From positions 1-31,137 of the forward strand of contig JANOTE010000139.1 in assembly GCA_031416195.1 (NCBI GenBank): a stretch of DNA of 31,137 bases, given 5' to 3'. The position numbers were made by a program, and so were the translations under genes. The notes below the pieces were generated by a model. The model saw only the letters and a program-made list of their open reading frames with translations. It did not search any database and was not told where the DNA came from. This DNA comes from Rhodoferax sp. Lineage in GTDB: Bacteria; Pseudomonadota; Gammaproteobacteria; Burkholderiales; Burkholderiaceae_C. Shown in pieces: positions 26,478 through 31,137 of the stretch; within the stretch, counting starts at the first letter, position 1; the number at the start of each line of letters is the position of its first letter.

Positions 26478-27113
26478 TCAGTCTGCTCGTTGAGGTGCGC
26501 CTGGCGCCGCCGCACTGGATGTCAAAGTGCCCCTCACACGCCCGCGAAGTTCGATCACCTGCTTGCGGTTGTCGTACTCCATCGCATCAGCGACAAAACG
26601 GTCAGTACCCCGCGTCAACGTGACGCTCTGATTCGACCTGAGCTGCTCGGTCTTCATGAAAGCGTGCAAAAACTCCCCCTTGAATTCCATGCGCGGTACC
26701 GGTTTTGGGCCCCCCACTGCCTCACGTACCACCCGCGCATTGCCCATCAACTGCACCTCGCTGGCATCAGCATTGGTCACTGCCCGATTGGCTGTGACCG
26801 TGGTCAACTGCCCTTGTGCGTCGAATGAGCGAATCCGCGCGCCTTCAATCTCAAGGATGTCGGTATCAGGAAAGTGCTTGGCCTGTGCCCCTGAGACTTC
26901 GCTCTTGAGTTTCCCAGCGGCATCAAATGTTTTCACGGTGAACTTCTTCATGAAATAGTCAGGCTCATGCGCGGGCGGTCGTGGCGCTTGGGGTGGCGCG
27001 AATACCGGCGTGCTTCTGACCAGCCAGTAGGTGCCCAGGGCGAGCACACCCATCAAGATGATCGGCAGGTAGATGGAGGCGCGATCCCACGCCGCGCGCA
27101 GCATGCTGATCAT
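26478..27113 (-). CDS. lptC: LPS export ABC transporter periplasmic protein LptC
   Basis: Single N-terminal TM (IYLPIILMGVLALGTYWLV), then PDYFM and the beta-jellyroll pattern; ATGA overlap with the kdsC stop. Confidence 0.9.
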   Translation of the reverse strand: MISMLRAAWDRASIYLPIILMGVLALGTYWLVRSTPVFAPPQAPRPPAHEPDYFMKKFTVKTFDAAGKLKSEVSGAQAKHFPDTDILEIEGARIRSFDAQGQLTTVTANRAVTNADASEVQLMGNARVVREAVGGPKPVPRMEFKGEFLHAFMKTEQLRSNQSVTLTRGTDRFVADAMEYDNRKQVIELRGRVRGTLTSSAAAPGAPQRAD

Positions 27114-27655
27114 GCGTTGCTTTGCGCCAGCAGGCTCGCGTACCTGCCGCTTGCCAGCAGCAGCAAGTCGCAAAACTCACGTGCAGCGCCCGCACCGCCC
27201 GCCAAAGCGGTGACGTAGTCGGCTGCCGCCTTGACCTCGGCGTGCGCATTGACCGGCGCGCAGGCAAATGCGCAGCGCGTCATCACGGCAAGGTCGGGCC
27301 AGTCATCACCGATAGCCGCTGCTTGATGCCAATCCAGCCCGAGCTGCGCAAGGCTTTGCTCGGCAGCGGGGCGCTTGTCCTCGGTGCCAAAGTGAGCGTA
27401 CTTAACACCCAGGGCCGCCAGCCGAACCCGCAGCGGCTGGCTGTCGCGCCCGGTGATGATGACCGGCGTGATGTCTGCCCGCTGCAACAGCTTGAGCCCG
27501 TGGCCATCGAGCGTATGGAAGCGTTTCAACGTTTCCCCAGCTTCAGAAAAATACAGCCCGCCGTCGGTCAACACACCATCTACATCAAAGAATGCGACGC
27601 GAACGCCTTGCGCCTTGAGCAACAGCTCGGGTGCAAAGGAAAGCGCAGGGGTCAT
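27110..27655 (-). CDS. kdsC: KDO 8-phosphate phosphatase
   Basis: FFDVDGVLTDG, LDGHGLK, IITGR, IGDDWPD and GGAGAAREFCD motifs. Confidence 0.96.
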   Translation of the reverse strand: MTPALSFAPELLLKAQGVRVAFFDVDGVLTDGGLYFSEAGETLKRFHTLDGHGLKLLQRADITPVIITGRDSQPLRVRLAALGVKYAHFGTEDKRPAAEQSLAQLGLDWHQAAAIGDDWPDLAVMTRCAFACAPVNAHAEVKAAADYVTALAGGAGAAREFCDLLLLASGRYASLLAQSNA

Positions 27656-28653
27656 ATCACTTTAGCCCGCATCAGGTCATTGCTGTTGAGAGCGCCGCAC
27701 AGCAGCGCGTTTTCATCCACCACCAACACGCTGGTGATGCGGTTTTGCTCCATCAACTCGACCGCCTCCACCGCCAATGCATCGTGCGCAATCGTCTTGG
27801 GGCCGGGATGCATCACCTGCGCTGCAGTCGTGGCGCGAAGGTCAATGCCTTTCTCGACCAAGCGGCGTAGATCGCCATCTGTGAAGATGCCCAGCACTTT
27901 CATGTCAGCGTCAACGACCGCTGTTGCACCCAGGCCCTTGGCGCTCATCTCGCGCATCAACTCGCTGAATGTCGCCGAGGCACCGACCTTCGGCACCGCA
28001 TCGCCTGAGCGCATGACATCACTCACGTGCGTGAGCAGCTTGCGACCCAGCGCGCCACCGGGGTGCGAGCGGGCGAAGTCCTCCGCTTTGAAGCCGCGCG
28101 CATCCAGCAACGCCACCGCCAGCGCGTCGCCCATGGCGAGTTGCGCCGTGGTGCTGGCAGTAGGCGCGAGGTTGAGCGGACAGGCCTCTTTGTCGACACC
28201 GCAGTCCAGCGCCACTTCGGCGTAGCGGGCGAGCGTCGATTTGGCGTTGCCGGTCATTGCAATCAGCGGCACGCCCAGGCGCTTGAGCACGGGCAGAATC
28301 ACCATCAACTCCTCGGATTCGCCGCTGTTTGAAATGGCCAACACGAGATCCGTCGGTTTGATCATGCCCAAGTCCCCGTGGCTGGCTTCTGCCGGGTGTA
28401 CGAACATCGCCGCAGTGCCAGTGGAGGCCAGCGTGGCGGCTGTTTTGCGACCAATATGGCCGCTTTTGCCCATGCCCATCACGACGACGCGGCCCTTGAC
28501 GTTGAGCATCATGTCCACTGCTTGCGCGAATTCGGCACCCACCCTGTGCTTCAGCCCCAGAATCGCCGTCGCCTCAATCTCAAACGCATCCTTCGCCAGT
28601 TGAATTGATCGTTGTGCCGAAGCTCGGGCCGCCGGGTTGTGTGAAGCACTCAT
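27652..28653 (-). CDS. kdsD: Arabinose-5-phosphate isomerase (KpsF/GutQ family; SIS domain plus two CBS domains)
   Basis: GMGKSGHIG, HPAEASHGDLG, SNSGES, LAPTASTT and FARSHPGGALG, followed by a CBS pair. Confidence 0.96.
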   Translation of the reverse strand: MSASHNPAARASAQRSIQLAKDAFEIEATAILGLKHRVGAEFAQAVDMMLNVKGRVVVMGMGKSGHIGRKTAATLASTGTAAMFVHPAEASHGDLGMIKPTDLVLAISNSGESEELMVILPVLKRLGVPLIAMTGNAKSTLARYAEVALDCGVDKEACPLNLAPTASTTAQLAMGDALAVALLDARGFKAEDFARSHPGGALGRKLLTHVSDVMRSGDAVPKVGASATFSELMREMSAKGLGATAVVDADMKVLGIFTDGDLRRLVEKGIDLRATTAAQVMHPGPKTIAHDALAVEAVELMEQNRITSVLVVDENALLCGALNSNDLMRAKVI

Positions 28654-28762
28654 CCCGGCATTTTATAGACGCAAGGTCAGCGACAGGGTCACCGGACGTA
28701 TCTGCGGCGACAGCGGCGTGCCCAAATGGCCGCCAGCGCCAGTCAGGTCATTCGACCGCCGC

Positions 28763-29644
28763 TTACGGCTGCGCCAGCAATCTCTTAGCGTTGAGGAAGG
28801 TGGGTACTTCGACCCACAGGCCATCGACCAGGGCGCGGTCTTCGCCGCGCGCGCGGGCTGCCTCAAACGCTTCCACCATCCGCTGCGCCTGATCCTTCTG
28901 GACGTCGCTTGGGATCAGGGCCGCAAGAATCGCCGCAGCGTGATCCACACGGACGACGCTTTTGGCGCGGTAGCCCAGCCTGCGCGCGTACCGCGCTTCC
29001 TGCGCTGCGCCCTCAGCATCGTTGAACGTATAGGGCGAATCAATCGGCTCAATGCCCGCAGCCCGGCACTCCAGCACGAAGCGGCGCCGTGCATAGTCCA
29101 GTTCCACCGCCTCACGACTGCGCTCAGCCATCAGGTCTGCAGCCAAATCCTCTGCACCCAGCAGCGCATAGCCGATGCGCGGTGACGCGGCAGCGATCTC
29201 GCGCAGGTTGACCACGCCCAGGGCGGTTTCGCACACCGGCAGGATGCCGATGCTGCCCGGCGCCAATCCGACCTGCCCTTCGAGCGCTGTGATGGCGCGA
29301 TCCAGTTCGCGCATGTCGCTGGCGGTCTGAGCCTTCGGGTAGGCGATGAAGTCGGGCTTGGCCGGGACTACAGATGCAAGGTCCCGCGGCCCGTCCTCGT
29401 GCAATGAATTGATGCGCACGCAGACTCGGGAACCAGCCTTGCGCCAGTGGCCAAACAGTCCCGCTGCCAAGGCACGCGCTTTGCCACGCAGCGGGGGCGG
29501 CGTGGAGTCTTCCAGATCCTGGATCAGCACGTTGGCACCACATGCCGACATGGCCTCATGCACGGCAGTGTCAGCCCCTGGGCCGAAGAGCCAGGTGCGC
29601 AGGAGAGGATTACCATTATTACTACTATTTTTATAGCTATTCAT
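28763..29644 (-). CDS. HpcH/HpaI aldolase / citrate lyase beta-subunit (CitE-like CoA-ester lyase)
   Basis: LRTWLFGPG, DLEDST, VRINS, ETALG and GAEDLAADL motifs. Start placed at ATG 29644, with GGAG 6 nt upstream. Confidence 0.88.
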   Translation of the reverse strand: MNSYKNSSNNGNPLLRTWLFGPGADTAVHEAMSACGANVLIQDLEDSTPPPLRGKARALAAGLFGHWRKAGSRVCVRINSLHEDGPRDLASVVPAKPDFIAYPKAQTASDMRELDRAITALEGQVGLAPGSIGILPVCETALGVVNLREIAAASPRIGYALLGAEDLAADLMAERSREAVELDYARRRFVLECRAAGIEPIDSPYTFNDAEGAAQEARYARRLGYRAKSVVRVDHAAAILAALIPSDVQKDQAQRMVEAFEAARARGEDRALVDGLWVEVPTFLNAKRLLAQP

Positions 29645-29663
29645 GCAATCTCCACAGGGGCTA
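29624..29663. repeat. Dispersed AT-rich element, partial copy C (spans the amidohydrolase stop and the lyase start)
   Basis: ACTAT-N4-ATAGCT-N5-TGCA-N11-GGCTA, with the same 5/11 spacing as copies A and B. Confidence 0.5.
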
Positions 29664-31137
29664 CGATTTATTTCTATCATCAACTTCGGCAGAAAACCGC
29701 GTCAGCAATTCCCCCGCCAGAGGCGTCGCTGCCACGAGTCCATCGGCATCCGCCACCATCTGCCCATTGACCCACACGCCGCGCACGCCCACCGCGTCGG
29801 TTGTCAGGCGCGCTGCACCGCCCGGCAGGTCAAACACACGGCGCTTGAGCCCGCGGGCCACGGTCTGCGGGTCAAACAGCAGCAGGTCCGCCGCGTAGCC
29901 TTCGCGCAGGGTGCCGCGCTGCTGCATGCCGAACACTTGCGCCGGCTGGCTAGTCAGGCGGCGCACGGCTTCGCTCATCGACATCGACCCGAGATCGCGC
30001 GCCCAATGGCCCATCAGGTGCAGGCCAAAGCCAGCGTCGTTGAAAAAGGTCAAATGCGCACCGGCATCGCTCAGGCTGACAATGCTGTGCGGATGGTTGA
30101 GCATGCGGCCCACGGCTTCTTCGTCTGAATTGAGCAGTTGCGCGGTCAAGACGGTTTGCAGGTTTTCGGCAACCGCCAGATCGAGCATCACATCGAGCGG
30201 GTCGCGAGCTTCGTTGCGGGCGATGTCGGCAATGGTTTGCTGTTCGTAATGGGCGTGGACTGGGTTCGCGGTTTCGACCACCTGCACCTTGTCCCACTCG
30301 CCGTTGAAGAGTCGGAAGTGGGTTGTCGTTGCCAGCTCCGCGCGCACCCCGTCACGGAAACTTTGGCTGGCGAGCATGGCCACCAGCGCATCGCCCTGCA
30401 GGCCGAGCGCGGGCTTCCAGCTATTCAGGCCCTCGACCGGATAGGCAGACTGCAGCGTGAAGTCCATTGTCAGTGGGCAGCACGACACCTGGCCAATGAG
30501 CGCGTGGCCGCGCGTGTTGGCGGCGGTGATTGCATCGAGATCTTTGAACACGGCCTCGCGGTTGGTGCTGTTGTGCAGCAGCGCAGCGACCATCACCGGG
30601 CGGCCGCTGTCTGCGGCCAGTGATTCGAGAAATGGCAGCGCTGTGTCACCGCCTTTGGTCAGCATGAAAACGCCGTGGCCGCCTTCGCCCATGGCCGTCA
30701 CCAGCGCGCGCATTTCGGTGTCATCAGCGAGGCGCGAAGGCATCGGGCGTCCGCCCTCGCCGTTGTGCGCAGGCGACGTGCTGCTGGCAAAGCCAACCGC
30801 GCCGGCCTGCATCGCTTCGCGCACGATGGCCTGCATCTGCGCCACCTCGGCCGCAGTGGCGATTCGCGTCGACGCGTCGTCGCCCATCACATAGGTGCGC
30901 ACGCTGCTGTGGCCAATGTAGGCCGCGATGTTGACCGCACTGCCCTGGCGCCGAAGTTGCGCCAGGTACTCCGGAAAAGTCTCGAACTCCCACGCAATGC
31001 CCCGGCGCAGCACGTCCAGCGACATGCCCTCGACCTGGGTCAGGTTGCGCATCGTGATGTCGCGGTGCTGCGGCTTGCACGGCGCGATGGTGAAGCCGCA
31101 ATTGCCGATCACCGCCGTGGTCACGCCCAGCGCAGGC
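29661..31137 (-). CDS. N-acyl-D-amino-acid deacylase (D-aminoacylase)-like amidohydrolase; 5' end beyond the window
   Basis: Frame open to the window edge: PALGVTTAVIGNCGF, plus SLSDAGAH, EAVRRLTSQPA, LREGYAADLLLFDP and GVWVNG motifs. Confidence 0.92.
   Translation of the reverse strand, partial: PALGVTTAVIGNCGFTIAPCKPQHRDITMRNLTQVEGMSLDVLRRGIAWEFETFPEYLAQLRRQGSAVNIAAYIGHSSVRTYVMGDDASTRIATAAEVAQMQAIVREAMQAGAVGFASSTSPAHNGEGGRPMPSRLADDTEMRALVTAMGEGGHGVFMLTKGGDTALPFLESLAADSGRPVMVAALLHNSTNREAVFKDLDAITAANTRGHALIGQVSCCPLTMDFTLQSAYPVEGLNSWKPALGLQGDALVAMLASQSFRDGVRAELATTTHFRLFNGEWDKVQVVETANPVHAHYEQQTIADIARNEARDPLDVMLDLAVAENLQTVLTAQLLNSDEEAVGRMLNHPHSIVSLSDAGAHLTFFNDAGFGLHLMGHWARDLGSMSMSEAVRRLTSQPAQVFGMQQRGTLREGYAADLLLFDPQTVARGLKRRVFDLPGGAARLTTDAVGVRGVWVNGQMVADADGLVAATPLAGELLTRFSAEVDDRNKS

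Noticed and set aside
29645-29683. Longer lyase start (MMIEINRSPCGDC...)
   Set aside because: It overlaps the amidohydrolase 3' end; ATG 29644 has a well-spaced GGAG.

Overview
GC-rich betaproteobacterial chromosomal window; gene order and protein sequences suggest Burkholderiales, probably Comamonadaceae (inference, no database search). Bases 1-4800 are an accessory-looking block: a 5'-truncated Cys-rich protein with an internal 3x repeat, a Sel1-repeat lipoprotein that appears split by a frameshift, and a possible gene remnant. Then come a PhyH-family dioxygenase, a Phd/YefM-PIN (VapBC-type) toxin-antitoxin pair, maeB and a secreted barnase/RNase Sa-like ribonuclease with a barstar-family inhibitor. 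A housekeeping run follows: rsmA, surA, lptD, amgK-like kinase, rsmE, MFS, alpha/beta hydrolase, M20 peptidase, HAD, metW-metX under a SAM-II riboswitch, a sigma54-driven ammonium transporter, an RRM/Gly-rich protein, SDR, lptC-kdsC-kdsD, a CitE-like lyase and a truncated D-aminoacylase-like gene. The most intriguing signal is at the barstar 3' end. A T_TTT run lies 5 nt before a perfect 11-bp non-terminator hairpin, and the -1 frame stays open for 68 more codons, ending in an ssrA-like ...SYWLAAA. This suggests a programmed -1 frameshift that adds a degradation tag to the RNase inhibitor (hypothesis, untested). A dispersed AT-rich element occurs three times; one copy appears to supply a stop codon, an RBS and a start codon. 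No tRNA, rRNA, CRISPR array, transposase or integrase was recognised.
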